From: Alphaproteobacteria bacterium
Lineage (GTDB): Bacteria > Pseudomonadota > Alphaproteobacteria > SHVV01
Length of the DNA: 64,000 bases
Reading direction: 5' to 3'
NCBI GenBank assembly: GCA_965261735.1
Contig: OZ253470.1
Coordinates: forward strand, 1,728,001 to 1,792,000
Notes under the pieces: model-generated
Told to the model about the DNA's origin: nothing
The model's database searches: none
Seen by the model: the letters and a program-made list of their open reading frames with translations, nothing else
In this document: one piece after another, positions 23,715 through 34,178 of the stretch
Layout: the number at the start of each line of letters is the position of its first letter
Position numbering within the stretch: the first letter of the stretch is position 1
Made by a program: the position numbers and the translations under genes

Positions 23715-24380
23715 CTAGCCTCCGGGGCGCATGACGAGCCTCACGCCGCCCTCGAAGAGGAGGTGCGTTCCCTTATCCCGGGCGCGAAAGCTCTGGGCCT
23801 CGATGGTGCCGAATGGACCCTGCCCGCGCACCGGTGAGGGGCCGACGATGGTGCCCTCGGCAAGGTCGACGAGCGCCGATGCCGTGTTGAGCTCATAGCC
23901 CTGGTTGGAGAACACGTCGACCCGGCCCGAGAGGGCCAACGTCTGGCGGTCGCGCTGATAGGTGCCGGTATCGGCCATCACCGTCACCCAGGCGCCGCTC
24001 TCGAGGGTCATGTCGGCCTGTAGCTGGCGCAGCCGGAAGCGCTCGGAGTCGGCATCGTCCTGTTGCGCGACCTCGGCCGTCACGGTGTAGGGCCGGTCGG
24101 CCCCGTCGCTGCCGACATAGCGCACCCGCTGCAAGCCGGGCGCGTCGTCGTCGCCGGATCGCAATCCGGCGAGCAGGATGCGGTAGCCATCGCCGCGCTC
24201 GTACAGGCCCGGCCAAGCCACGACCACGCCGACGAGGACGGCCGCCGCCAACGGCAGAATGAGCTTCATGGCGCCGACGAAGCGGCTGTAGTTGGCGCCG
24301 ACCCGCGCGACGACCGCATCCGCGCGGTTGACATCGAGCCGGAACCTGCGGCCGGCGCTCGCCGTCGGCGACGCGTTCAT
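23715..24380 (-). CDS. lptC: LPS export protein LptC
   Basis: YSRFV..MKLILP TM, G.D...RPY.VTA, V.G.GPFG.I.A; synteny. Confidence 0.9.
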   Translation of the reverse strand: MNASPTASAGRRFRLDVNRADAVVARVGANYSRFVGAMKLILPLAAAVLVGVVVAWPGLYERGDGYRILLAGLRSGDDDAPGLQRVRYVGSDGADRPYTVTAEVAQQDDADSERFRLRQLQADMTLESGAWVTVMADTGTYQRDRQTLALSGRVDVFSNQGYELNTASALVDLAEGTIVGPSPVRGQGPFGTIEAQSFRARDKGTHLLFEGGVRLVMRPGG

Positions 24381-25408
24381 GCCGCTCCCGCGCGCAGGCA
24401 GTCATGGATGTGAAGGACGCCGACCGGCTTGCCCGCCTCGGTCACCATCAGGCTCGTGATTGATCGCGCGTTCATGAGCCCCAGCGCCTCGGCCACCAGG
24501 GCCTGCGGCCGGATCGTCAGCGGCTCGCGTGTCATCACCTCGGCGGCGCTCTGGCGCAGCAGGCCATCGTGCATGTGACGCCTGAGATCGCCGTCGGTGA
24601 TGATACCGGCTAGGCTTCCATCCGGCTCGAGGACGCCGACGCAGCCGAAGCTCTTTTCCGTCATCACCAGGAGGGCCTCGGTCATGGCGGCTTCCGGCGC
24701 CAGCAGCGGCAGCGCCGCGCCGGTGTGCATGATGTCCGCGACCTTGATGACGGCCGAGCGGCCGAGCCGGCCGCCGGGATGCAGGATCCGAAAATCGTCG
24801 GGCGTGAAATCCGCACGCTCCAGGAGCGCCATGGCGAGCGCATCGCCGAGCGCCAGCGCCGCCGTCGTCGAGGTCGTTGGCGTGAGGCCCATGGGGCAGG
24901 CCTCGGGTGTCGGCGGCAACACGAGTGCCACGTCGGCGGCGTCGGCGAGAAAGCGGCCGGGCCGGTCGGGCGTCCCGTGCGGTCCTACGATGGCGATCAT
25001 CGGCACCGCGAATCGCTTGCAATAGGCGACGATGTCGGCGAGTTCGGGGGTCTTGCCCGAGTTCGACAGCACGAGCACGGTGTCGCCCTTGTGCGCGATC
25101 ATGCCGAGATCGCCGTGGCTCGCTTCTCCGGGGTGAACGAAGAGTGCCGGCGTTCCCACCGAGGCCATGGTGGCCGCGATCTTGCGGCCGATGTGTCCGC
25201 TCTTGCCCATGCCGGTGACGACCACGCGGCCGGAAATGGCCGCGAGGATGTCGACGGCATCCGTGAAGGCCTCGCCGAGAGAATCGGCGAGCGCGTTGAG
25301 GGCCTCCGCCTCCAGGGCGAGGACGCGGCGCGCCGTATCGAGGTCGGCGCGTGCCTGCGCCGATCCCGCATCGCCGACCGCCTTCGCCTGCGGTGTCGAA
25401 ACGGACAT
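24377..25408 (-). CDS. kdsD: Arabinose-5-phosphate isomerase (KpsF/GutQ family)
   Basis: GMGKSGHIG, HPGEASHGDLG SIS domain plus CBS pair. Confidence 0.95.
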   Translation of the reverse strand: MSVSTPQAKAVGDAGSAQARADLDTARRVLALEAEALNALADSLGEAFTDAVDILAAISGRVVVTGMGKSGHIGRKIAATMASVGTPALFVHPGEASHGDLGMIAHKGDTVLVLSNSGKTPELADIVAYCKRFAVPMIAIVGPHGTPDRPGRFLADAADVALVLPPTPEACPMGLTPTTSTTAALALGDALAMALLERADFTPDDFRILHPGGRLGRSAVIKVADIMHTGAALPLLAPEAAMTEALLVMTEKSFGCVGVLEPDGSLAGIITDGDLRRHMHDGLLRQSAAEVMTREPLTIRPQALVAEALGLMNARSITSLMVTEAGKPVGVLHIHDCLRAGAA

Positions 25409-25768
25409 GTTCAGGATCCCGAGCGCCCTCAGCCCGCCATCAGGACCGCGCGGCGCGCTTTCGCGACCGCTGTGTCCCGCTCTACTGACACACCAAGTAT
25501 GGGCGCTAAGGGACTGGAAATCAAATGACTGGGACGCTCCTTCGGTGATTTCGATAAGCTTCGTTCTCTCCCCTTGAAATACCCTCGTTGACTCTTATGT
25601 CAATACGCGATGAGATCAGCGACCTAGTTTTGCGGCGGCTCCTGTTCCGGGTCCCGCCATTTGTCCCTGGAGCGCCCGAGGAACGAGTGCTGATGGCCGC
25701 TCCCGACATTTGGCAGATGCTGACCGGACCGTGGAGCGACGTCAGTGAAGAATATCGTTGGAACCAAC

Positions 25769-26873
25769 CTTGCCTATCCGGTTAACGCCCATGACCGCTA
25801 CATGTAGGGTGCCGCCACTCTCCCGAGTAAAGCTCGGCATAGGTTGGAGCAGAGGTGTCGCCCGCGATGCCGAGCAATGAGCGGAAGGCGTTGAACGGGT
25901 AGAACCGCCTGTTGAAGCGGAAGGTGAACTCGTTGAGGTAGGCTTGTAGGTGCTGGTGGCTAACGCCGTGGTGGATACCGATCAGCCACGTCTTCAGGTT
26001 GGCGAAAACCAGATGGATGATCGGCAGGTATTGCTCGGCAACCTCTGGATCACCACACTCGGCAACAGCGAAGTGCTCATAGCCGCGCTTACCGAGGCCA
26101 GCATAGCCGCTCCAATCGTCAGTAACGATCAGCGATCGCGGCGCGACGGTGCTCTCGACGAACCCACAGAGCGACTCGGCGCTACGGTCGAGCACGACGG
26201 CGAGCCGAACGCGTCCGGCATAGCGTCCGTCTTTCCGGTTGTCGAGCTTGGTGCCCGGCTTTCGATGACGCACCTCGATGGCACAGGAGACGGGAACCTT
26301 GTGGTGAACACCACGGCCTTCCCCACGCGTTCGCCCGCCAACCCAGGTTTCGTCCACCTCAACATGGTTCTTGGGCTGTCCACCGATCCTGTCTTGGTTG
26401 GGCCGCACCATGCCCGAGCGGAGCTTGTGGAGAATTTGAAAGGCCGTCTCGTAGCGCGAAAGACCAAGTTGCCGCTGAAACTGCACGGCGGACATGCCGG
26501 GCGTCTGACTGGCGACCAGATAAGCGGCCCAGAACCAGACGTTCAGCGGAGTGTGGCTACGCTCCATCACTGTTCCCACCGTCAGCCCGGTGTTCTGGCG
26601 GCACTTGCGGCAGCGCAGGACGCCAGGGCGGTTTTCAAAGTGGAACGGCTCTCCCGCCGTGCCGCAGTGCGGGCAGGCAAAGCCGTCTCCCCAGCGGGCT
26701 TTCTCCAGGTAGGCGGCGCAGGCCGCATCATCGGGGAAAAGTCGCTGGAACTCGGGTAGCGAATGCGGGAATGGGAGATCGGCGCGGTCGAGAACATCCA
26801 TGGCGCGCTCCCCTATATCCGGGTTGCGCCCATTCTAGCCCTAGTGGGTGTGGGTGTAACCCGGATAGGCAAG
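25769..26873 (-). mobile_element. IS1595-family element (type 2), copy B
   Basis: IRs CTTGCCTATCCGG; 8-bp TSD GAACCAAC at 25761-25768 and 26874-26881. Confidence 0.95.
25782..26801 (-). CDS. IS1595-family transposase (protein identical to 17928-18947)
   Basis: Same 339-aa translation in the ORF track. Confidence 0.95.
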   Translation of the reverse strand: MDVLDRADLPFPHSLPEFQRLFPDDAACAAYLEKARWGDGFACPHCGTAGEPFHFENRPGVLRCRKCRQNTGLTVGTVMERSHTPLNVWFWAAYLVASQTPGMSAVQFQRQLGLSRYETAFQILHKLRSGMVRPNQDRIGGQPKNHVEVDETWVGGRTRGEGRGVHHKVPVSCAIEVRHRKPGTKLDNRKDGRYAGRVRLAVVLDRSAESLCGFVESTVAPRSLIVTDDWSGYAGLGKRGYEHFAVAECGDPEVAEQYLPIIHLVFANLKTWLIGIHHGVSHQHLQAYLNEFTFRFNRRFYPFNAFRSLLGIAGDTSAPTYAELYSGEWRHPTCSGHGR

Positions 26874-27211
26874 GAACCAACTCCGCGCCTATTTCGATTT
26901 CTTCACGGAAGGTCGGCTAATTCACATCGGTCGATCCGGCTACATGCGCCCTCTCGACAAGCGTAGAGAAGAGGTTTGGGAAATACGGAGCCCGCGGCCG
27001 CGGCCAAGCCTCCGGGTGTTCGGAAGATTCGCGGAGCGTGACGTGTTCGTCGCGACAAATTGGGCGGAGCGCAAACTTCTTAAGGGTAGAGGGTCCCGCG
27101 AATGGCGAGATGAGATCGAGAGGTGTAAATCGGAGTGGCGGACTCTGTTTCCGGCGCACGACCCCCTCAGAGGAGATAGCGTTCATGATTACGTCTCGGG
27201 AAACGTCACTG

Positions 27212-27616
27212 ATGACGGCAATCTCAAATAGCGATCCCTTACGCCCCGCGCATTTCGCGTATTTTCGCGAACGGACGCGTAATAACCTATACGACCTTGT
27301 TCTAAGTACCTTTGTTCGTGGCTCCAAAGAAAACGGCCTCAAGAAGGCCGATTTGGCCAGACGTTTGAAGAAAAGGCCGGAACAGATCACTCGGTGGCTA
27401 TCCGGGCCTGGGAACTGGACGCTGGACACAGCTACGGACCTCTTGCTTGCAATGGGGGTAGAGCTCGAATTTTCCGGGAATCAGTTAAATTCAAGGCCGG
27501 CGCGCAACTACGCGCACCCCTTGGTGATCGAAATGGGCAAAGTCAGCTCCAAACCGGCGGTGCCAAGTAGTAGCGGCTCACGCCCGCTCCTGCTGGCGTC
27601 CATCGAACTAACCTGA
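27212..27616 (+). CDS. XRE-type HTH protein, putative antitoxin with C-terminal tail
   Basis: GLKKADLARRLKKRPEQITRWLSGPGNWTLDT HTH; overlaps toxin stop; alternative start 27185. Confidence 0.7.
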   Translation: MTAISNSDPLRPAHFAYFRERTRNNLYDLVLSTFVRGSKENGLKKADLARRLKKRPEQITRWLSGPGNWTLDTATDLLLAMGVELEFSGNQLNSRPARNYAHPLVIEMGKVSSKPAVPSSSGSRPLLLASIELT

Positions 27617-28026
27617 TGGAGCAGCCGCGCGTCAGGCTCGTTGCGGCCGTAGTGTGCGATGAAGTTCGGCTTGAAGCCAACGGCAAGACATTCCTGATAG
27701 GTGTCTATTCAGGCGGCATCAGCGTTCCGGACCTACCCGCCACAATTAAGGTCAGCGCCTGGCTTTTGGCAGAGGCGCCAGAGGTTGGCGAGATACCCTT
27801 CGATGTTGAGTGTAGGGCTCCCGGGGGAACGCTCAAGGGAACCGGGACTTTGTCGGTCGTAGAATCGACCGAAAAGAATGAAACGGCCGGATTTGCCCTC
27901 AAGCCCTTTTCACTGACGATCGAGCGTGAGGGTTACATCGATCTCGCAATAAGGCAATACGATGACGAATGGACGATAGTGAAAAGGATAGCTGTCACTA
28001 CGGATCTGAATCGAAACCAAACTTAG
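27616..28026 (+). CDS. DUF6941-like hypothetical beta-rich protein
   Basis: VVCDEVRLEANGKTFLIGVY N-terminal motif; TGATG coupling to the HTH gene. Confidence 0.6.
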   Translation: MEQPRVRLVAAVVCDEVRLEANGKTFLIGVYSGGISVPDLPATIKVSAWLLAEAPEVGEIPFDVECRAPGGTLKGTGTLSVVESTEKNETAGFALKPFSLTIEREGYIDLAIRQYDDEWTIVKRIAVTTDLNRNQT

Positions 28027-28062
28027 TTTTCTTTCACCCTCCGTCTCGTACCCAATAAGCGC

Positions 28063-28689
28063 TCAATGCTCGAAAATGTCGCTGCCGGCCCAGCCCGCGA
28101 GATCGAGCTCCGCGCGTGCCGGCAGGAACCCAAAGCATGCCTCGGCGAGCTCGCGACGGCCCTCGCGCACCAGCATCTCGTCGAGGCGCTCCCACAGGCT
28201 GTGCAGGTGGAGCACGTCCTCGGCCGCGTAGCGCACCTGCTCGTCGGTGAGTTGGGCAGCGCCCCAATCCGAGGACTGCTGCCCCTTGGCGAGATCCACG
28301 CCCAGGAGCTCGCGGCACAGGTCCTTGAGGCCGTGGCGGTCGGTGTAGGTGCGCGCAAGCTTGGACGCGATCTTGGTGCAGCGGACGGGCACGCAGGCGA
28401 TGCCGAGGTAGCGCCGGATCACCGCGATGTCGAAGCGCCCGAAGTGAAACAACTTGGTGATCCCGGGATCCGCCAGCAGGGCCTTGAGATTCGGTGCCGC
28501 GTAATCGGCGCCGCCCCCCGCCGCGGGCGGAAAATGCACGACGTGGGCGATGCCGTCGCCCGTCGACAGCTGCAACACGCACAACCGGTCGCGCTGCGGA
28601 TGGAGTCCGAGGGTTTCGCTGTCGATGGCGACGACGGGCGCACCGGCGAAACCCGCCGGCAAGTCGTTGCGGTGAAGTTCGACCGTCAC
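28063..28689 (-). CDS. rnd: Ribonuclease D (3'-5' exonuclease)
   Basis: VAIDSETLGL, KLFHFGRFD, TKIASKLARTYTDRHGL, QQSSDWG, YAAEDV. Confidence 0.93.
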   Translation of the reverse strand: MTVELHRNDLPAGFAGAPVVAIDSETLGLHPQRDRLCVLQLSTGDGIAHVVHFPPAAGGGADYAAPNLKALLADPGITKLFHFGRFDIAVIRRYLGIACVPVRCTKIASKLARTYTDRHGLKDLCRELLGVDLAKGQQSSDWGAAQLTDEQVRYAAEDVLHLHSLWERLDEMLVREGRRELAEACFGFLPARAELDLAGWAGSDIFEH

Positions 28690-28742
28690 CGCGCCGCCGC
28701 CGGCCGTGCGGGCCCCGCGCGTCGGGCGCGCCCGCGGCGGAA

Positions 28743-28829
28743 TGGTGCCCAGGAGAAGACTCGAACTTCCACGACCTTGCGGTCACTAGCACCTGAAGCT
28801 AGCGCGTCTGCCAATTCCGCCACCTGGGC
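28743..28829 (-). tRNA. tRNA-Leu(CAG)
   Basis: GCCCAGG acceptor stem, anticodon arm CTAGC-TTCAGGT-GCTAG, long variable arm, GTTCGAG, encoded CCA. Confidence 0.97.
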
Positions 28830-28989
28830 GTTTCGGGATGAAGGTCGTTAGCCCCTGAGACAAACGATGTCAACCGGGCATGCGCGGCGCGGGTGGCGCG
28901 CTAGCCGCGCCCGCAACCACGGCTTGGCCGCAGGCCGGCCCTCGTTCTATCATGCGAGGCGATCGTGGGCCCCGGGGGACGCGCAATCC

Positions 28990-29955
28990 ATGGCACAGCG
29001 CCTCGTTACCGTTTTCGGCGGATCGGGATTTCTCGGGCGCCACGTCGTGCAGCACCTAGCGCACGGCGGCGCGCGCGTCCGCGTTGCGGTGCGCGACCCG
29101 GAGGCGGCGGCTCACCTTCGTCCCATGGGCGACGTCGGTCAGATCGTCGGCATCCAGGCCAACCTGCGCGACGACGACTCGGTCGCGGCGGCCGTGGCCG
29201 GCGCGCACGCCGTCATTAACCTCGTCGGCATTCTCTTCGAGTCCGGGCGCCAGACCTTCGATGCGGTGCACGCGCGCGGTGTCGGGCGTGTCGCTGTGGC
29301 GGCCAAGGCCGCGGGCGCCGAGCACTTCGTGCACATCTCGGCCATCGGGGCCGATGCCGGCGCACCCTCGCGCTACGGGCGCACCAAGGCCGCGGGCGAG
29401 GCGGCCGTGCGGGCGGCGTTCCCTGCGGCCACGATCGTGCGGCCGAGCATCCTGTTCGGCGCCGAGGATCACTTCTTCAACCGTTTCGCCACACTCGCAC
29501 GCCTGCTGCCGGTCCTGCCGCTCTATGGCCGCGGGCTCGCCGATGCCGGGGCCACGCGCTTTCAGCCGGTTTACGCCGGCGACGTCGGGTTGGCGATTGC
29601 ACGCATCCTCGATGGCCCGGCCACGGCCGGCGCCACCTACGAATTCGGCGGCCCGCAAGTGTATAGCTTTCGCGAGCTGATGGAGTTCGTGCTGCACGCG
29701 ACGGGACGGCGCTGCCTGCTCGTGCCCATTCCCTTCGCGGTCGGCCGGCTGCAGGCGGCGTTCCTCGAGTGGCTGCCCAATCCGCCGCTCACGCGCGACC
29801 AGCTCAAGGAGCTGGGGCGCGACAACGTGGTCGCCGCGGGCGCCCTTTCGCTCGCCGATCTCGGCGTCACGCCGAGCGCGATCGAAGCCATCGTGCCCAC
29901 CTACCTGCGCCGTCATCGGCGCGCCGGCCGCGGCCTCGAGGGCGCCTCGGCGTGA
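28990..29955 (+). CDS. Complex I NDUFA9-family atypical SDR
   Basis: VTVFGGSGFLGR, LRPMGDVGQI, INLVGIL, Y.RTK..GE, FQPVY.GDV. Confidence 0.92.
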   Translation: MAQRLVTVFGGSGFLGRHVVQHLAHGGARVRVAVRDPEAAAHLRPMGDVGQIVGIQANLRDDDSVAAAVAGAHAVINLVGILFESGRQTFDAVHARGVGRVAVAAKAAGAEHFVHISAIGADAGAPSRYGRTKAAGEAAVRAAFPAATIVRPSILFGAEDHFFNRFATLARLLPVLPLYGRGLADAGATRFQPVYAGDVGLAIARILDGPATAGATYEFGGPQVYSFRELMEFVLHATGRRCLLVPIPFAVGRLQAAFLEWLPNPPLTRDQLKELGRDNVVAAGALSLADLGVTPSAIEAIVPTYLRRHRRAGRGLEGASA

Positions 29956-29962
29956 GGGCACC

Positions 29963-30775
29963 CTAGGCGTACACCCACGTCAGGATCGCGACGCCGACCA
30001 CCACCCGGTAGACGACGAAGGGGGTAAAGCGCGCACGCCGAAGCCAGCGCATCATCGCGGCGATGGCGAGCAGGGCCGCGACAAGGGCGAACAGCGCGGC
30101 GAGAAGTGCCTCGAGGCCGAGAGCCGCATCGCCGGCGCGCACGATCTCGACGGTGCTCGGCACGGCGCTGGCGAGGATGGTCGGAATACTGAGCAGGAGC
30201 GAGAATCGCGCGGCTTCCGTTCGCTCGTAGCCCAGCATGCGCGCCGCCGTCATGGTGATGCCGGCGCGGCTGGTGCCGGGGACGAGCGCCAACACTTGGG
30301 CAAGGCCGATGGCAACGGCGCCGCCGACCCGCAGGTGTTCGAGCCGGCGGATCGTCATGCCGAGGCGATCGGCGGCCAACAGGACGAGGCCAAAGCCCGC
30401 CATGCTCCAGCCGATCATCTCGATACTGCGTAGGCCCGCCAGCGCGCCGCTCTCGTAGCCGAAGCGCAGCAGGAGCGCGCCCGCGACCACCACTGGTACG
30501 GTCCCGATGATGACGTTGACCACGAGCTGCGTCTGCGCTCCGGCTCGCCCGCGCATGAGGTCGGCCAAGCCGAGGAACATCGCCACCACGTCGCGGCGGA
30601 AGAAGATCAACACCGCGCCGAGGGTGCCGACATGCACGGCGACGTCGATGGCGAGGCCCTGGTCGGGCCAGCCGGTCAGCGTCGGGATCATGCGCAAGTG
30701 GGCCGACGAACTGATCGGCAGGAACTCGGTGATGCCCTGGACGATGGCGATGAGGATGAGTTGCAGCGTGGTCAC
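29963..30775 (-). CDS. uppP: Undecaprenyl-diphosphate phosphatase
   Basis: QGITEFLPISSSAH, PGTSRAGIT, ARFSLLLSIP. Confidence 0.95.
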   Translation of the reverse strand: MTTLQLILIAIVQGITEFLPISSSAHLRMIPTLTGWPDQGLAIDVAVHVGTLGAVLIFFRRDVVAMFLGLADLMRGRAGAQTQLVVNVIIGTVPVVVAGALLLRFGYESGALAGLRSIEMIGWSMAGFGLVLLAADRLGMTIRRLEHLRVGGAVAIGLAQVLALVPGTSRAGITMTAARMLGYERTEAARFSLLLSIPTILASAVPSTVEIVRAGDAALGLEALLAALFALVAALLAIAAMMRWLRRARFTPFVVYRVVVGVAILTWVYA

Positions 30776-31290
30776 TGGCCTGTGCGCGTTACCGCCGCCG
30801 TGGGCGCGGCGCTTATAGCACCGCCCTCGCGCGGCCCCAAGTCCGCTGCGATGTGCGACCTCGGCCGCGAATACTATGCCTTGGGCTGATCGCGTGCCGC
30901 GGCGTCGTCCCGCTGGTGCCGGCGTTCAAGGGCTGTCGACGCCACCAGAAGACCTATGCTGAGGCAGCCCACTAGCGCAGCCACACCCACGATAGGAAGG
31001 AGCCACTGCGCCGATTCCTGGCCGATAAACCATCCCAGCAGCGCGACACCAGGAGCGAGGAAAAGGACGATCAGTCCGTATACTCTTAGATCACGAGCCA
31101 GGTGTTTGCTTCCGCCCTCGCCCAGCGACGATAGTTCGTCCATGAGTGCCCGATCGATAGGTTGGCCGTTTTATATCGTGCGGCGCAGCGTGTCGTGTTG
31201 AAGCTCCCGTTTGCGGATACTATTCCAGGTGGCCGCCACGACGGCAGCGGCAATAAATGTCCAAAACCCCAAAGCCGCCAGTCCTATTCC

Positions 31291-32739
31291 GATCGTGTCC
31301 CGCGGAGTGGTGTAAGAGCGTTGCGCTCTACGCGGCTCCCGGCGGGTAGGGCCGGGACGTTCAGGCTGCCACGGTGGGCAGCGTGATGGGGACACCATCG
31401 CTCAGCGGAGCGATGGATTCCAGCGTCATGTATCTCCTTGAGACGGCCCACTCGTCGTTCTGCTCGAGAAGGATGGCGCCGACGAGCCGTGTGATGGCGG
31501 CTTCGTTGGGAAAGATACCGACGACGTTGGTGCGACGCTTGACCTCGGCATGGAGCCGTTCGATCGGGTTTGTGGAGTGCAATTTCTGGCGGTGCTCCCT
31601 GGGGAAGCTCATGTAGGCGAGGACGTCGTGCTCGGCTTCGTCCATGAGAACTGCCAGCTTGGGCACCTTGGGCCTGAGCTGGTCGGCGACCTGGCGCCAC
31701 TGGACCTTCGCGCTGTCGGCGTCCTCCTGGGCGAAGGCGGTGGCGACGAAGGCGGAGACGACGCGCCGGCCCTGGCGGCCGGCATGGGCCAGCAGGTTGC
31801 GGGCGAAGTGCACGCGGCAGCGCTGCCATGTGGCGCCGAGGATCCGGGTCGCGGCGGCCTTCAGGCCCTTGTGGGCGTCGGAGATCACCAGCTTCACGCC
31901 GCGCAGCCCGCGCCGGGCCAGCGAGCGCAGGAACTCGGTCCAGAAGGTCTCGGCCTCCGACGCGCCGATCGCCACGCCCAGGACCTCGCGGCGGCCTTGG
32001 TCGTTGACGGCCACAGCCACGGTCACCGCGACCGAGACGATGCGTCCGGTCTGGCGCACCTTCACGTAGGTGGCGTCGAGCCACAGATAGGGCCAGTCGC
32101 CCTCCAGCGGTCGATCGAGGAAGCCGTTGACCTTATCGTCGATCTCGCCGCACAGCCTGGAGACCTGGCTCTTGGAGGCGCCCGACATCCCCATCGCCTG
32201 AACCAGATCGTCAACCGAGCGGGTCGACACCCCCTGGATGTAGGCCTCCTGGATCACCGCAGCCAGCGCCTTCTCGGCCATCCGCCGCGGCTCCAGGAAG
32301 CCCGGGAAGTAGCTTCCCTTCCTCAGCTTCGGGATCTTCAGCTCGACCGTGCCGGCCCGCGTCTCCCAGGACCGGTCGCGGTAGCCGTTGCGATGGGTGA
32401 TACGATCCGCCGAGCGCTCGCCGTGCCCGGCGCCGGTCAGGCCCTCAACCTCCAGTGCCATCAGCCGCTCGGCCGTGAAGCCGATCATCTCGCAAAGCAG
32501 ATCGGCATCGGAGCTCTTCTCCAAAAGCGCGCGCAGGGTCATCATGTCCTGGGTCATCGTGGTTCTCCTTCGGGTCAGGTTGGTTTGCACTAGCCCAACC
32601 CTAAACCGGAACCGCGATGGCCTCCGCTGTGGATAGCCGGCTTGCCTACGCCAGACTCTCGGCGGTCGCTACGGCAAGCCGCCTACCCACAGCTAACAGA
32701 GGCTCCAACAACTCCTACACCACGTCCTGGGACACGACC
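31291..32739 (-). mobile_element. IS256-family element (type 2), copy 1
   Basis: IRs G(A/G)TCGTGTCCC..GA.GTGGTGTA; 8-bp TSD CCTATTCC at 31283-31290 and 32740-32747. Confidence 0.95.
31361..32557 (-). CDS. IS256-family transposase
   Basis: [49 protein letters not shown]. Confidence 0.96.
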   Translation of the reverse strand: MTQDMMTLRALLEKSSDADLLCEMIGFTAERLMALEVEGLTGAGHGERSADRITHRNGYRDRSWETRAGTVELKIPKLRKGSYFPGFLEPRRMAEKALAAVIQEAYIQGVSTRSVDDLVQAMGMSGASKSQVSRLCGEIDDKVNGFLDRPLEGDWPYLWLDATYVKVRQTGRIVSVAVTVAVAVNDQGRREVLGVAIGASEAETFWTEFLRSLARRGLRGVKLVISDAHKGLKAAATRILGATWQRCRVHFARNLLAHAGRQGRRVVSAFVATAFAQEDADSAKVQWRQVADQLRPKVPKLAVLMDEAEHDVLAYMSFPREHRQKLHSTNPIERLHAEVKRRTNVVGIFPNEAAITRLVGAILLEQNDEWAVSRRYMTLESIAPLSDGVPITLPTVAA

Positions 32740-33015
32740 CCTATTCCTTCCATTTCTTTTTCCTTTGGGATGAAGAGCTTATGTCTTGAATCACGCGGTC
32801 GAAGGGCTGCGAACACCGGTGTCGGTTAATCAAACCTCACGCCGCTGCATGACGTTCCGGCGCGTCCCCACCTTGCCGGCTTTCGCGAATCCCGCTCGCT
32901 CAAAGTGCGCGACGAAACCCATGAAACGATAGCTGGGCGACCATCGCTCCACGGGGTATTGGTGCGCGGATCGCATTTCCGCTCCAAATCACCGGCCAAT
33001 CGTCGAGATCAACAA

Positions 33016-33547
33016 TCAACGGCCGCCAACCGCGGGCTTGAATATTCGCCACGCAACGCCATCCCTGCTGACAAACATATGCTTCGCCGCACCCAACAGG
33101 TGGAGGATGAGGAGCGGCGGAAACACGTGGCCAGCCGTATCATGAACCTCCTCCACGAGCATATGAAAACCCGGGCTTGATGCGATGGGCGAAGGGATGG
33201 CGATCACCCCGAAGAGGTCCAAGGGCCGCCCCAACGACCATGGCAACATATATCCGGAGATCACCACCACGACGATGGCCACGAGGAATCCCCAGAGGAC
33301 GATTTGTCGAACGGCGTTGAGGGCGAAGGCCTGATCCGGCCGTGTCGGTATGCCGTGTCTTATGCGGTGCCACACGCGCCACCAAAGAACCAGGCCCACG
33401 ATGGCGCCGCCGCTGACGTGAAAGACGTACTCGGCGCTACCGCGTTCCCCCTCGTGGGTCAGAAACAGGGCGACCACGAATATCGCTGCAAGCCAGTGAA
33501 GGGCGATCGACAGCGGTGAGTACCGATCCCTTGCTGGTGGCAGCCAT
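33016..33547 (-). pseudogene. Cytochrome b561 (YceJ-like), probable 5' frameshift
   Basis: RYSPLSIALHWL, FHVSGG, EEVH, LHLLGAAKH; ATG at 33547 is one base out of frame at a G run (33528-33530). Confidence 0.65.
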
Positions 33548-33630
33548 GGGGTGTCTATGATTCGCGCGAGCCGTTACGATAGCCCCCGGAGGCAAGCGTT
33601 TGAGGCTGCCGATCGGCGCACGAGTGTTCC

Positions 33631-34080
33631 ATGATCCCACCATTCGATCCAGCGGTCGCTACCGTATTCGCTTCGTATCCTGCGCACATACGGCCGAAGA
33701 TGGCGGCGCTGCGAAAGCTCATCTTCGAAACCGCCGCCGCCACCGATGGCGTCGGACCGATCACCGAGACTCTCAAATGGGGGGAACCGGCCTACCTCAC
33801 CTCGGCCAGCAAGAGCGGAAGCACCATCAGAATCGGCTGGAAGAAGTCTGCGCCGAGGCGCTATGCAATCTACTTCCAGTGCCAAACCAATCTCGTTGAG
33901 ACCTTTCGATCCCTGTTCCCGGACGCGCTTAGATTCGAGCGCGACCGCGCTATTGTATTCGACGCGTCCGACGCCGTACCGGCCGACGCCTTGGCGATCT
34001 GCATCGCGGCTGCGCTGACCTATCACCGCAACAAGAAGTCTGCGCCGCGGGTCGCGGTGTCGGGTAGGGTCGCGGTTTAA
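33631..34080 (+). CDS. DUF1801/YdhG-like protein
   Basis: F..YP.....LR.LI....ETLKWGEPAY....GSTIR....YF.CQTNL..TFR..ALTYH. Confidence 0.85.
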   Translation: MIPPFDPAVATVFASYPAHIRPKMAALRKLIFETAAATDGVGPITETLKWGEPAYLTSASKSGSTIRIGWKKSAPRRYAIYFQCQTNLVETFRSLFPDALRFERDRAIVFDASDAVPADALAICIAAALTYHRNKKSAPRVAVSGRVAV

Positions 34081-34178
34081 GGAGGCGGGGCGTTTTCGCT
34101 CCCGACAAGCCTATCGCCGGGTCGACCAAACCTCGTTCCTCGAAGGCCGCGAAGGCTGTCATTAAGCACCCCGTTGGA

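Larger units (their letters stand above)
25597..27231 (+). pseudogene. Putative RelE/HigB-like toxin (173 aa when reconstructed) split by IS1595 copy B
   Basis: Removing the IS and one TSD joins 25597-25768 to 26882-27231 in frame; VWEIRSPRPRPSLRVFGRF resembles the RelE-fold core. Confidence 0.65.
30874..32753 (-). pseudogene. Small membrane protein (DUF6249-like), IS256-interrupted and with an in-frame stop
   Basis: ATG at 32753 (MEGIG) rejoins LAALGFWTFIAA across the TSD; in-frame TAA at 31171-31173 between LRRTI and NGQPID. Confidence 0.7.
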
